In this document: one piece after another, positions 30,601 to 38,197 of the stretch
How positions within the stretch are numbered: position 1 is the stretch's first letter
Layout of the letters: the number at the start of each line of letters is the position of its first letter
Source of the DNA: Prevotella sp.
GTDB lineage: Bacteria; Bacteroidota; Bacteroidia; Bacteroidales; Dysgonomonadaceae
NCBI GenBank assembly: GCA_031285625.1
Contig: JAITVV010000006.1
Coordinates: 36,963-100,962 of the forward strand
Length of the DNA stretch: 64,000 nt
Direction: 5' to 3'
Made by a program: the position numbers and the translations under genes
The notes under the pieces: generated by a model
Databases searched by the model: none
What the model was told of the DNA's origin: nothing
What the model saw: only the letters and a program-made list of their open reading frames with translations

Positions 30601-30775
30601 CAAAATATCGGAAAACTATTCATTACGTAATGTGACCATAGGTGTTACGGGGCGTAATCTATGGATGTGGTCGAAAGCAAAACATATCGATCCCGAATCC
30701 GGAGGGTTTGGTTATGAGGATGTTCAGATACCTACACCTAAGAGTATAGGTTTCAATCTAAGTGTCTCTTTCTGA
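27626..30775 (+). CDS. SusC/RagA TonB-dependent transporter (no STN domain)
   Basis: LDEVVVTALGIKRE, DVESMSVLKGPTAAALYGSRA, RNDWSSTLP, terminal F. Confidence 0.96.
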   Translation: MKIFFFKRIAIFIAVLAISVGIFSQVNPGQVSGLVTDGEENPLIGVSIKVKGTKTGTVSDFDGRYQINISSEADVLIFSYVGFAPKEITVGNNKTLNVVLQDEHNALDEVVVTALGIKREKKALGYAVQDIKGDVLTEVRDPNMLNSLAGQVAGVQISNSASGGLGGSPKISIRGDISFTNSAPLFVIDGVPLNNNSSNYNTDGMDFGSGAADINPDDVESMSVLKGPTAAALYGSRAANGAVVITTKSGKKNKGLGITYNSNLVIQPRLLRTPNYQYKYGAGENFEYSYVDGNGGGINDGAGYCWGPKLNQLDPSTASGFVEIPQFASPIDPVTGARIAIPWVAHKNFLEDFFETGTVFTNNVSISNANENGSFRLSYTNLDQKGIMPNTDLQRNTVSLSAGYNLAKFLRVNANVNYVQNKSDNMPQLNYWDKPIMYTFMWWGMNEDVKALRNYWTPGKEGLEQTNYNNSWMDNPYFTLYENTQSQLKNHLYGNVSFTLDIIDGLSLMGRTGTDWYDDNIRIRRAYSSRNYPNGMYAVNNYIFQERNSDFLLTWDKPNESNFQYKISFGGNMMRRSIRKTAAKALELEIPGIYNLENARSTPTLNEENQEKAINSLYGMGQLVYKNMLYLDVTARNDWSSTLPLNNNSYFYPSVSLSGLISEMVTLPKAVSFLKLRGSWAQVGNDTDPYKLVNVYQFGGKWGSTSSAYEGGGLLNSLLKPEKINSIEFGADLRFLGDRIGLDVAYYNTIATNQILNMSIAPSSGYDSRMINAGKIESRGFEVVLNATPLRFKDFEWNMTLNWSTNRAYVRELADGLDTYDMGYNAQARVGGRMGDLYGWGFKHAPDGQMIYGEDGLPVWEDEIKCYGNYNPDWMAGLKNSFTFKNFRLSALLDYRKGGRIFSGTLSKGMEGGVLAESAIGNQREEGLIGDGVIATYDAEGNVTGYRKNDVRVSLRDWIGRYHSRDSFETNSYDASYLKLREIGLSYTFPQIKISENYSLRNVTIGVTGRNLWMWSKAKHIDPESGGFGYEDVQIPTPKSIGFNLSVSF

Positions 30776-30804
30776 TAAAGTAGCTATTTTAAATTTGAAA
30801 CATT

Positions 30805-32226
30805 ATGAAAAATTTTATATATATAATCGCTTTATTGCTATTTATGGGGGCTTGTACGAAGGATTTCGAAGACATAAACACCAATAAGAACAAGCCGGAA
30901 ACTATTATTCCTGACCTTTTACTAACATACCTGACATATCAAACTGTTGATACAGGACCTCAGGGTAGTGTAGTTACACAGCATTTAGCTGCGCGTGACT
31001 GGGTTGTTGGTCTGGGTAGATACGACTGGTGGGGAACTCCGTACTGGGATTACCCAAATTTACGGAATGCAAATAATCTTATTATTGAAGCCGAAAATAT
31101 GGGGAATGATAATTTTAAGGGAATAGGACTTATATTTAAAACATTCTTATTTTCCCGAACTACCGATTGTGTCGGTGATATTCCATTTAGTGAGGCTCTC
31201 AAAGGTAAAGAAGGGATCTATATGGCGAAGTATGATACTCAAGAAGAGGTGTATAAGGGTTTGTTGGCCTATCTTGATGAAGCTAATGACCTGATAGACG
31301 TCAATGGAACTTCTATTTCAGGGGATATTCTTTATGGAGGAGATTTACTGAAATGGAAAAAATTTGCCAATTCTCTTCATTTACGTTTGTTAATGAGAGT
31401 TTCAGAAAAAATGCCTGATGCAAAGGCAAAAATAAAGGCAATTGTGGATAATCCGGAAAAATACCCTATATTTGAAAGTAACGACGATATGGCCGCCTTG
31501 ACTTACCTTCCTGATGCGCCAAACAGATATCCGAACTATAATGCTGCGGGATACGATGCGGGTGAAGTAGTACTGGGTAAACCGCTTGCCGATACATTGT
31601 TGAACTATAATGATCCGCGTATAGCAAAAATGGCACAACCAACTATGGCATCTGTTAATGGTGGTACAGTTGAGTTTGTTGGAGTACCTTGTGGAATGAC
31701 TAAAGATGAGGCTTTGTCATATAACGGGGGACGCGAATATCAGTCACTTGTAAATGCTCGCTATAGCCATGACCCTGTTGGCGAAAAAGGTATTTTTATG
31801 TCTTATGCCGAACTCCAGTTTATCCTTGCTGAAGCAGCTCAAAAGGGATGGATCGGTGGAAGCGCCAAGGTTTATTATGAAAATGGGATAAGAAGCTCTT
31901 TCGAGTATTATGGGGTATCTGCAGATGTCGATAGTTACTTAACTGGTTCAAAAGTTACCTATAATCCGGCCAATGGTCTTTTACAAATTGGTGTACAAAA
32001 GTGGATTTCTTTCTATTTCAACTCCGGTTATGAATCATACTTTGACTATCGGCGTACTAAAATCCCATATCTGTTTCCGGGAACCGGAAACCTGAACGGC
32101 GGAAAGATTCCTGTACGATGGAAATATCCTGATTCGGAACAGAATTTAAATGGAAATAATTTTAAAGAAGCGATCGAAAGACAGGGAGCAGACAATATTA
32201 ATACTGCTATTTGGCTAACCAAGTAA
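30805..32226 (+). CDS. SusD-like lipoprotein
   Basis: Lipobox MGAC; GDIPFSEA, KWKKFANSLHLR, YAELQFILAEA, IGVQKWIS. Confidence 0.94.
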   Translation: MKNFIYIIALLLFMGACTKDFEDINTNKNKPETIIPDLLLTYLTYQTVDTGPQGSVVTQHLAARDWVVGLGRYDWWGTPYWDYPNLRNANNLIIEAENMGNDNFKGIGLIFKTFLFSRTTDCVGDIPFSEALKGKEGIYMAKYDTQEEVYKGLLAYLDEANDLIDVNGTSISGDILYGGDLLKWKKFANSLHLRLLMRVSEKMPDAKAKIKAIVDNPEKYPIFESNDDMAALTYLPDAPNRYPNYNAAGYDAGEVVLGKPLADTLLNYNDPRIAKMAQPTMASVNGGTVEFVGVPCGMTKDEALSYNGGREYQSLVNARYSHDPVGEKGIFMSYAELQFILAEAAQKGWIGGSAKVYYENGIRSSFEYYGVSADVDSYLTGSKVTYNPANGLLQIGVQKWISFYFNSGYESYFDYRRTKIPYLFPGTGNLNGGKIPVRWKYPDSEQNLNGNNFKEAIERQGADNINTAIWLTK

Positions 32227-32239
32227 CAACAACAGCAAA

Positions 32240-32274
32240 AGGAGAGGGTAACTAATCCCTCTCCTATGTTTTAT
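32240..32274 (+). terminator. Stem-loop after susD3 (attenuator/terminator)
   Basis: AGGAGAGGG-N8-CCCTCTCCT followed by ATGTTTTATT. Confidence 0.6.
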
Positions 32275-32296
32275 TAATGATTAAATATGGAATATA

Positions 32297-33217
32297 ATGC
32301 TTAACATTTACAAAGTCTTATTGAGTATTTCTCTTATTTTTTTAGTGTGTGCATGTAAAAATAATCAGTCAACTGCACCTGTAGAACTCAAAGTTATGAG
32401 TTTCAATATATGGGTAGGTGGAGGTAAGTCTATCGATGCTACAGGTAAAGTTTTTGCAGAAAGTAAAGCTGATATAATCGGTGTACAAGAGTCAACACGT
32501 AATGATAAAAATATTGCGGCTCAGTTGGCGGATAGTTTGGGATGGCATTCTTATGTATATGGACAGAGTACAGCAATAATAAGTAAATATCCGATAGTAG
32601 ATACCTCTGCGAACAAGCATGGTGTGAAAATCAAGATTGACGAAACTCATTTTGTATGGATGTTTAATATACATCTTATGTACTGTCCATACGAACCATA
32701 CCAATTGAATGGTATAGAATATTGTGGTGGGCCCATATTACAAACTGCAGAACAAGCTGTTGCTTCGGCTACTGCTACCAGAAGTAAAGAAGTAGAATCA
32801 ACTATTGCAGATATATTGGAAGTGGGAAAGGAAGGATTTCCTATCTTTCTTACAGGAGACTTTAATGAGCCTTCTTGTCTGGACTGGACGGTTAAGGCAG
32901 TAGAAGCAGGATTATGTAAAACTGCTGTGGAATGGCCTTCAACTAAAGCCTTTCTTAATAAGGGAGGTATGAAAGATTCGTACCGCATATCATATCCTGA
33001 CGAGGTAAAAAATCCCGGGCATACATGGACTCCACTACCGGAAACAACAGCATATAAGGAAGTCTTAGACCGTATCGACTTTGTTCTTTTCTCTGGAGAA
33101 AAAATAGAATTGAAAAACTCTGTTATCCTTGGGGAAGAGAGTTCTAAGAGTGATGTTGGCTTTAAAGATTATCCATCAGATCACAGAGCAGTAATGAGTA
33201 CTTTCATGCTGAAGTAA
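32297..33217 (+). CDS. Endonuclease/exonuclease/phosphatase (EEP) family lipoprotein
   Basis: Lipobox near VCAC; VMSFNIW, IGVQE, TGDFN, RIDFV, YPSDHRAV (full EEP catalytic set). Confidence 0.9.
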   Translation: MLNIYKVLLSISLIFLVCACKNNQSTAPVELKVMSFNIWVGGGKSIDATGKVFAESKADIIGVQESTRNDKNIAAQLADSLGWHSYVYGQSTAIISKYPIVDTSANKHGVKIKIDETHFVWMFNIHLMYCPYEPYQLNGIEYCGGPILQTAEQAVASATATRSKEVESTIADILEVGKEGFPIFLTGDFNEPSCLDWTVKAVEAGLCKTAVEWPSTKAFLNKGGMKDSYRISYPDEVKNPGHTWTPLPETTAYKEVLDRIDFVLFSGEKIELKNSVILGEESSKSDVGFKDYPSDHRAVMSTFMLK

Positions 33218-34112
33218 TTTTGCTTGACAGTTTGTTTACAACACGGTATCTGGCTGGAGAGGTACCCATCATTTTCTTGAAAAGCCGTGAGTAATAATAA
33301 GGATCGTCAAATCCTACCAGAATAGATATCTGATTGATCTTCATCGTGCTATTAAGCAAGTAATAGCACGATCGTTGTACTTTTAGTTGGTTGAAAAACT
33401 CCATTGGTGCAATACCCATATTTTTATAGAATAGTCTGTAAAAATATGAAACAGAATATCCAAAGTGTTCAGCTATATCCGATAGCTTTAACTTATTTCC
33501 TATATTTTCATTCATATAGTGTGTCGCCAGATGGATAAGTGAAGTCCCATACCGGTTCTCAGCTTTCGAATTTCTGTGAGTCTTTACATATAATATAGAG
33601 CCTAAGAAATATGCCAGGCCAAAGTTTGCATATTGTAATGCACCATCATCATGTGAATCAGATAAGACATTGTAAATATCTTCAAAAACTTTGAAGCGTT
33701 CATCAATACGCGAGTTATTTTCGGGATCGATAGATATTACTTTGCCATATATTTCAGAAAATAGTTTCGATTTGTATCCTTTGAAGTGTATCCAGTAAAT
33801 TGTCCAGGGATTAGTCTCATTTGCACCATAACGGTGAGCTGTATTAGCAGGAAGTATAATGAATTGATTTTCATTTACTGAATGTACTTTTCCATTTAGT
33901 TCAAACCATCCTCCTCCTTTGGTACAATAGATAAGAATATTTTCAGGACATCCTGTCGGTCTGTTTATATAGTGATATTTGGCAGAAGGAAAATATCCCA
34001 AAGAATGAAAGTAAATATCATTCATCATCGGATTTTTATCCATCTCCTCGACAATAAAATACGGTAATATAATGCTCCATTGTCCATGGAAACCGTGTTT
34101 GATCTGTGTCAT
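33204..34112 (-). CDS. AraC-family transcriptional regulator with cupin sensor domain
   Basis: LIYCTKGGG..HRYGA..PWTIYWIHF cupin; C-terminal GFDDPYYYSRLFKKMMGTSP HTH. Confidence 0.95.
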   Translation of the reverse strand: MTQIKHGFHGQWSIILPYFIVEEMDKNPMMNDIYFHSLGYFPSAKYHYINRPTGCPENILIYCTKGGGWFELNGKVHSVNENQFIILPANTAHRYGANETNPWTIYWIHFKGYKSKLFSEIYGKVISIDPENNSRIDERFKVFEDIYNVLSDSHDDGALQYANFGLAYFLGSILYVKTHRNSKAENRYGTSLIHLATHYMNENIGNKLKLSDIAEHFGYSVSYFYRLFYKNMGIAPMEFFNQLKVQRSCYYLLNSTMKINQISILVGFDDPYYYSRLFKKMMGTSPARYRVVNKLSSKITSA

Positions 34113-34144
34113 TTTAGGTTAGTTATTTGTCCCACGTAAAATTA

Positions 34145-34210
34145 GCAATAATAATCCATTTTTTATGAATGATTTATCCATTTTGTGAGCATAACAAATA
34201 TATAATTTTG
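34145..34210 (+). promoter_or_regulatory. Tandem direct-repeat operator + -7 box between divergent araC and the methyltransferase operon
   Basis: GCAATAATAATCCATT (34145-60) and GAATGATTTATCCATT (34167-82), 22-bp period; TAATTTTG at 34203-10. Confidence 0.72.
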
Positions 34211-34391
34211 TTAATACAACTTAACCATGGAAAATCGTGTGTCAGGGATGTAAAATATAGGTAATTAATTAATCCCTGATTACATCAAGATCAAAATAAA
34301 AACGAAATATACTTATACATTAATGAATTATCTAAATGTAAGGATTATCCAGTAATTCCCTTACAGGAAGCTAAATCTTACCTTAAAAATT

Positions 34392-35642
34392 ATGGCTACA
34401 TCAAAAAAACGTGTGCTGGATGCACTCAATCACAGAAACAGTGACCGTATTCCTGTCGATTTCGGCACTACCGGAGTCACGGGTATCCACTGTAAAGTTA
34501 TAGAGGGTCTTCGCCGTCATTACGGGCTGGCAGATCGACCCGTGAAAATTGTAGAACCTTTTCAGATGCTTGGCGAGGTTGACGAAGAACTGCAACAAAT
34601 TGTGCGCACAGACTGTGTTGGTATATATGGAAAAAAGGATATGTTTTCCATAGATGAATCGGAACTTCATGAACAGGTAACTCCATGGGGCCAACATGTG
34701 TTGATCGCCAGGGATATAGATCTTACTCCCGATAAGAATGGCGATGTATATATCTATGCAGAAGGAGACCGCTCATATCCTCCATGTGCAGTTATGCCGC
34801 AAGGGTGTTATTTTATCAATGCAATAGAGAGAGTTGATAATTATGATGAATCTAATATCAGACTTGAAGATAATACAGAAGAATATTCATATATCTCAGA
34901 TGAAGATTTAGATCATTTTACGAGCGAAATAGAAAAAGCTTCACACACCGAAAAAGCTATAATAGCCAGTTTTGGTGGAGCAGCTCTCGGTGATATTGCA
35001 TTTGTACCGGGTATGGGATTAAAGGATCCAAAGGGAATAAGAAGTGTAGCCGAATGGTATATGTCTACTGCTTTGCGTCCCGAATTTATCCACCGGATAT
35101 TTGATAAACAAATAGATATTGCAATTGAGAATTACAAAAAACTATGGGATAGGGTAGGGAGTAAAGTAGATGTTGTCTTTACTTGTGGTGCTGATTTCGG
35201 TACACAAGAATCTCAATTCTGTTCAGCGGCTTCATTCAATGAATTATGGGTTCCTCACTATAAGAGGATGAACGATTGGATACATGAGAATACAACATGG
35301 AAAGTATTCAAGCATTGCTGTGGTTCTATTATTCCTTTGATTCCTTCCCTGATAGAAGCAGGATTTGATATTCTCAATCCTGTGCAGATAAATGCAAAAG
35401 ATATGGATTCTCACCGCCTGAAATCTGAATTTGGAGACCATCTTACATTTTGGGGTGGAGGTATTGATACCCAAAAGGTACTGCCAAAAGGTACTCCTGA
35501 AGAAGTGAAACGACATGTATTAGGACAATGTGAAATCTTTGGTAAAGATGGTGGATTTGTATTCACCTCCGTACACAATATACAGGCAAATGCCCCGATA
35601 GAAAATGTAGCAGCTATGTTTGATGCTTTAAATACAATATAA
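34392..35642 (+). CDS. UroD/MtaA-superfamily TIM-barrel protein, putative corrinoid methyltransferase
   Basis: RVLDALNH..DRIPVDFG, DFGTQ, FKHCCG, GFDILNPVQ, FWGGGIDTQ, GGFVFTSVHNIQ; adjacent to a corrinoid protein. Confidence 0.8.
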   Translation: MATSKKRVLDALNHRNSDRIPVDFGTTGVTGIHCKVIEGLRRHYGLADRPVKIVEPFQMLGEVDEELQQIVRTDCVGIYGKKDMFSIDESELHEQVTPWGQHVLIARDIDLTPDKNGDVYIYAEGDRSYPPCAVMPQGCYFINAIERVDNYDESNIRLEDNTEEYSYISDEDLDHFTSEIEKASHTEKAIIASFGGAALGDIAFVPGMGLKDPKGIRSVAEWYMSTALRPEFIHRIFDKQIDIAIENYKKLWDRVGSKVDVVFTCGADFGTQESQFCSAASFNELWVPHYKRMNDWIHENTTWKVFKHCCGSIIPLIPSLIEAGFDILNPVQINAKDMDSHRLKSEFGDHLTFWGGGIDTQKVLPKGTPEEVKRHVLGQCEIFGKDGGFVFTSVHNIQANAPIENVAAMFDALNTI

Positions 35643-35649
35643 AACAGAT

Positions 35650-36285
35650 ATGGAAAATTTAAATAATATATACGAAGCTGTATTAAAAGGTAATTTGCCT
35701 TTAGCCGTAGAATCAGCGCAAAAGGCTATCACAGAAAATGTAGATCCTCAGATAATAATCAATGATTATATGTCGAAGGCTATGGAGGAGATCGGTTCCC
35801 GGTTCGAATCTGGTCAGGCATTTGTCCCGGAATTGTTAATGTCGGCGCGTGCCATGAAAGGAGCACTTGATCTGCTGAAACCTCTGTTGGCGAATAATTC
35901 TTCTGCAAGTCTGGGTAAAGTAGTAATAGGTACTGTAAAGGGAGATCTGCACGATATTGGCAAAAACCTTGTAGCATCCATGTTGGAAGGTTGTGGTTTT
36001 GATGTGATAAATCTGGGTGTAGATATTTCTTCCGAAAAGTTTGTGCAGGCTGTAAAAGAGCATAATGCAAATATTGTTTGTCTGTCGGCACTACTGACCA
36101 CTACCATGAACTATATGAAAGAAATTGTAATTGCCTTGGAAAAGGAAGGCTTGCGTAATAATGTTAAGATTATGATTGGTGGAGCGCCTATCAGTTCTGA
36201 ATTTGCAAATGAAATAAATGCTGATGGATATAGTGATAATGCAAATTCTGCCGTAAATCTGGCAAAACAATTAATTGCTTCTTAA
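35650..36285 (+). CDS. Cobalamin-binding corrinoid protein (MtaC/MtbC/MttC-like)
   Basis: Cap domain (FVPELLMSARAM) plus base-off His-on motif GDLHDIGKNLV..SALLTTT..IGGAP. Confidence 0.93.
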   Translation: MENLNNIYEAVLKGNLPLAVESAQKAITENVDPQIIINDYMSKAMEEIGSRFESGQAFVPELLMSARAMKGALDLLKPLLANNSSASLGKVVIGTVKGDLHDIGKNLVASMLEGCGFDVINLGVDISSEKFVQAVKEHNANIVCLSALLTTTMNYMKEIVIALEKEGLRNNVKIMIGGAPISSEFANEINADGYSDNANSAVNLAKQLIAS

Positions 36286-36295
36286 ATCTGATACT

Positions 36296-36982
36296 ATGAA
36301 ATCATCTTCAATTCCTTTTTTAGATTTGAATCTGAGCAAACAGTATGTTCTGGAAGAGATGGGGTATGGTACTGTTACTCCTGATCATGCTGTGACAGCT
36401 ATCTTGGATGAATTTTTTAAATTACTCGAAAAAGAGGTTGTGACAGAATATATTTTTAATATGTATGAAGGGCAAATGGGTGATGGTAAGATCATATTTG
36501 GTAATACTTGCCTTGGTGCTGGGAATACAATTACCTCTCTTCTGAAAAACTCGGTAAAATATGTCATTTTTGCAGCTACTGCAGGACCTCATTTTGATAA
36601 AAGAATGCAACAGGTAAAGGCAGGGGATGATATGCTCAGAACCTATATACTGGATGCTATCGGGACTTGTATAGTCGAAAAGACAGGAGATATTATGGAA
36701 ATGCATATTAAGCAGGAGATTAATGGGCTCAATCATACTAATCGCTTCAGTCCCGGTTATTGTGGCTGGCCATTAACTGATCAGAGAAATCTGTTTCAGT
36801 TAATAGGTGGGAGGCCTTGTGGAATCACCTTATCTGAAGTCTGTCTTATGCATCCCATTAAATCGATAAGTGGTATAATGGGTATAGGTCAGAATGTAAA
36901 TCAGAAACTATATGGATGTAACTTTTGTGAATTGGAAACTTGTTATAAACGAAAAAAACTTAAAACCCGAGCTACTGTATGA
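36296..36982 (+). CDS. Stand-alone MetH (methionine synthase) SAM-dependent reactivation-domain protein
   Basis: FAATAG, LDAIGT..VE, RFSPGYCGW, MHPIKSISG, C-terminal CNFCELETC; ATG 36296 preferred over the TTG at 36275 that overlaps the upstream gene. Confidence 0.8.
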   Translation: MKSSSIPFLDLNLSKQYVLEEMGYGTVTPDHAVTAILDEFFKLLEKEVVTEYIFNMYEGQMGDGKIIFGNTCLGAGNTITSLLKNSVKYVIFAATAGPHFDKRMQQVKAGDDMLRTYILDAIGTCIVEKTGDIMEMHIKQEINGLNHTNRFSPGYCGWPLTDQRNLFQLIGGRPCGITLSEVCLMHPIKSISGIMGIGQNVNQKLYGCNFCELETCYKRKKLKTRATV

Positions 36983-38004
36983 CTATGAATATGAAAGAAT
37001 GGATATCCCGGATAATAGAATCACCTGTGAGGATAGCCATCCCAATAATGACTCATCCTGGCATCGAATATCTGGGAAAGACAGTAAAAGAGGTTGTAAC
37101 TGATGGTACAGTCCACTTTGAAGCCATAAAGGCTTTGAATAATATGTATCCTCCGGCAGCTTGTACTGTTATCATGGATCTCACTGTGGAGGCGGAAGCT
37201 TTCGGAGCGGAAGTAGTTTTTCCCGAAAATGAAATTCCTACAGTTACAGGAAGGTTAGTATATGATATAGATTCTGTAAAAAATCTCGAAATACCGGATA
37301 TGACTAAAGGACGATTACCCGAATACATTTTAGCTAACAAGCTAACTGCTGAAAATATAAAAGATAAGCCGGTTTTTGGTGGTTGTATCGGTCCTTTTTC
37401 CTTAGCCGGACGTCTCTACGATATGTCTGAATTAATGATGGCATGCTATACAGAACCTGAAATAGCTAAATTGTTATTAGCAAAATGCGCTACATTCCTT
37501 AAGGATTATTGTACAGAACTGAAAAGGCAAGGTATTCAGGGTATCGTAATTGCAGAACCTGCAGCGGGATTACTTTCTAACGAGGGGTGTCAGGAATTTT
37601 CTTCTGAATATATAAAACCCATTGTGGAAGCTCTGCAGGATGACGAATTTATAATTATCCTCCATAACTGTGGAAATAAAGGACATTGTACAGACGCTAT
37701 GTTAAGCACGCAGGCCAAAGGATATCACTTTGGTAATATGATGAATATGGAATTGGCACTTGATCAATGTCCTGCAGATACTTTGGTATTAGGTAATCTT
37801 GATCCGGTAGGTGTATTCAAGAATGCTTCTGTAGAACAAATGGAATCGGAGGTATTTGGCTTATTGGATAAAACCAGGTTACATCCCAATTTTGTATTAT
37901 CTTCCGGATGTGATATACCACCACATATACCATTAGAAAATATAGAAGCTTTTTACCGGGCATTGGACAAATTCAACGAACAATCATCGCAAATAGTTAA
38001 ATAG
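36979..38004 (+). CDS. MtaA/MtbA-like methylcobamide:thiol methyltransferase (UroD family)
   Basis: MDLTVEAEAFGA, GPFSLA, AEPAA, Zn ligands ILHNCG and LSSGCDI, GNLDP; ATGA overlap with upstream gene. Confidence 0.85.
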   Translation: MTMNMKEWISRIIESPVRIAIPIMTHPGIEYLGKTVKEVVTDGTVHFEAIKALNNMYPPAACTVIMDLTVEAEAFGAEVVFPENEIPTVTGRLVYDIDSVKNLEIPDMTKGRLPEYILANKLTAENIKDKPVFGGCIGPFSLAGRLYDMSELMMACYTEPEIAKLLLAKCATFLKDYCTELKRQGIQGIVIAEPAAGLLSNEGCQEFSSEYIKPIVEALQDDEFIIILHNCGNKGHCTDAMLSTQAKGYHFGNMMNMELALDQCPADTLVLGNLDPVGVFKNASVEQMESEVFGLLDKTRLHPNFVLSSGCDIPPHIPLENIEAFYRALDKFNEQSSQIVK

Positions 38005-38070
38005 CAAATATTGTCCATTCTTTTGGCAAAATTAGTCTATCTTTTTTATAGTCGAAATTGATTATTTTTG
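38004..38070 (+). promoter_or_regulatory. Tandem direct-repeat operator + -7 box upstream of the Gfo/Idh/MocA gene
   Basis: GCAAATATTGTCCATT (38004-19) and GCAAAATTAGTCTATC (38026-41), 22-bp period; TATTTTTG at 38063-70. Confidence 0.65.
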
Positions 38071-38197
38071 TTTTGATAGTATTATGAAAAGCTAACTAAG
38101 ATTCACAAACAAGGTACTACAATCTGAGACCTTAATTATCCATGATTTTTATATTAAATTTCTTTAGTATACAACTGTAAATAAAATAAGACAAGAA

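Noticed and set aside
32297-33217. EEP protein as a defence nuclease or retroelement endonuclease
   Set aside because: It has a lipoprotein signal and directly follows susD; no RT, helicase or other defence genes are nearby
34211-34391. Cobalamin or SAM riboswitch upstream of the corrinoid operon
   Set aside because: No B12-box/GCCACTG-type or SAM-I/II core motifs are visible; the region is very AT-rich
35650-36982. Split or pseudogenised metH
   Set aside because: Both ORFs are intact with their own starts, and no homocysteine-binding or pterin-binding MetH domains lie nearby
34392-38004. Haem biosynthesis (hemE) or methanogenesis genes
   Set aside because: The UroD-fold proteins carry zinc-methyltransferase motifs and flank a corrinoid protein; no other hem, mcr or mtr genes are present
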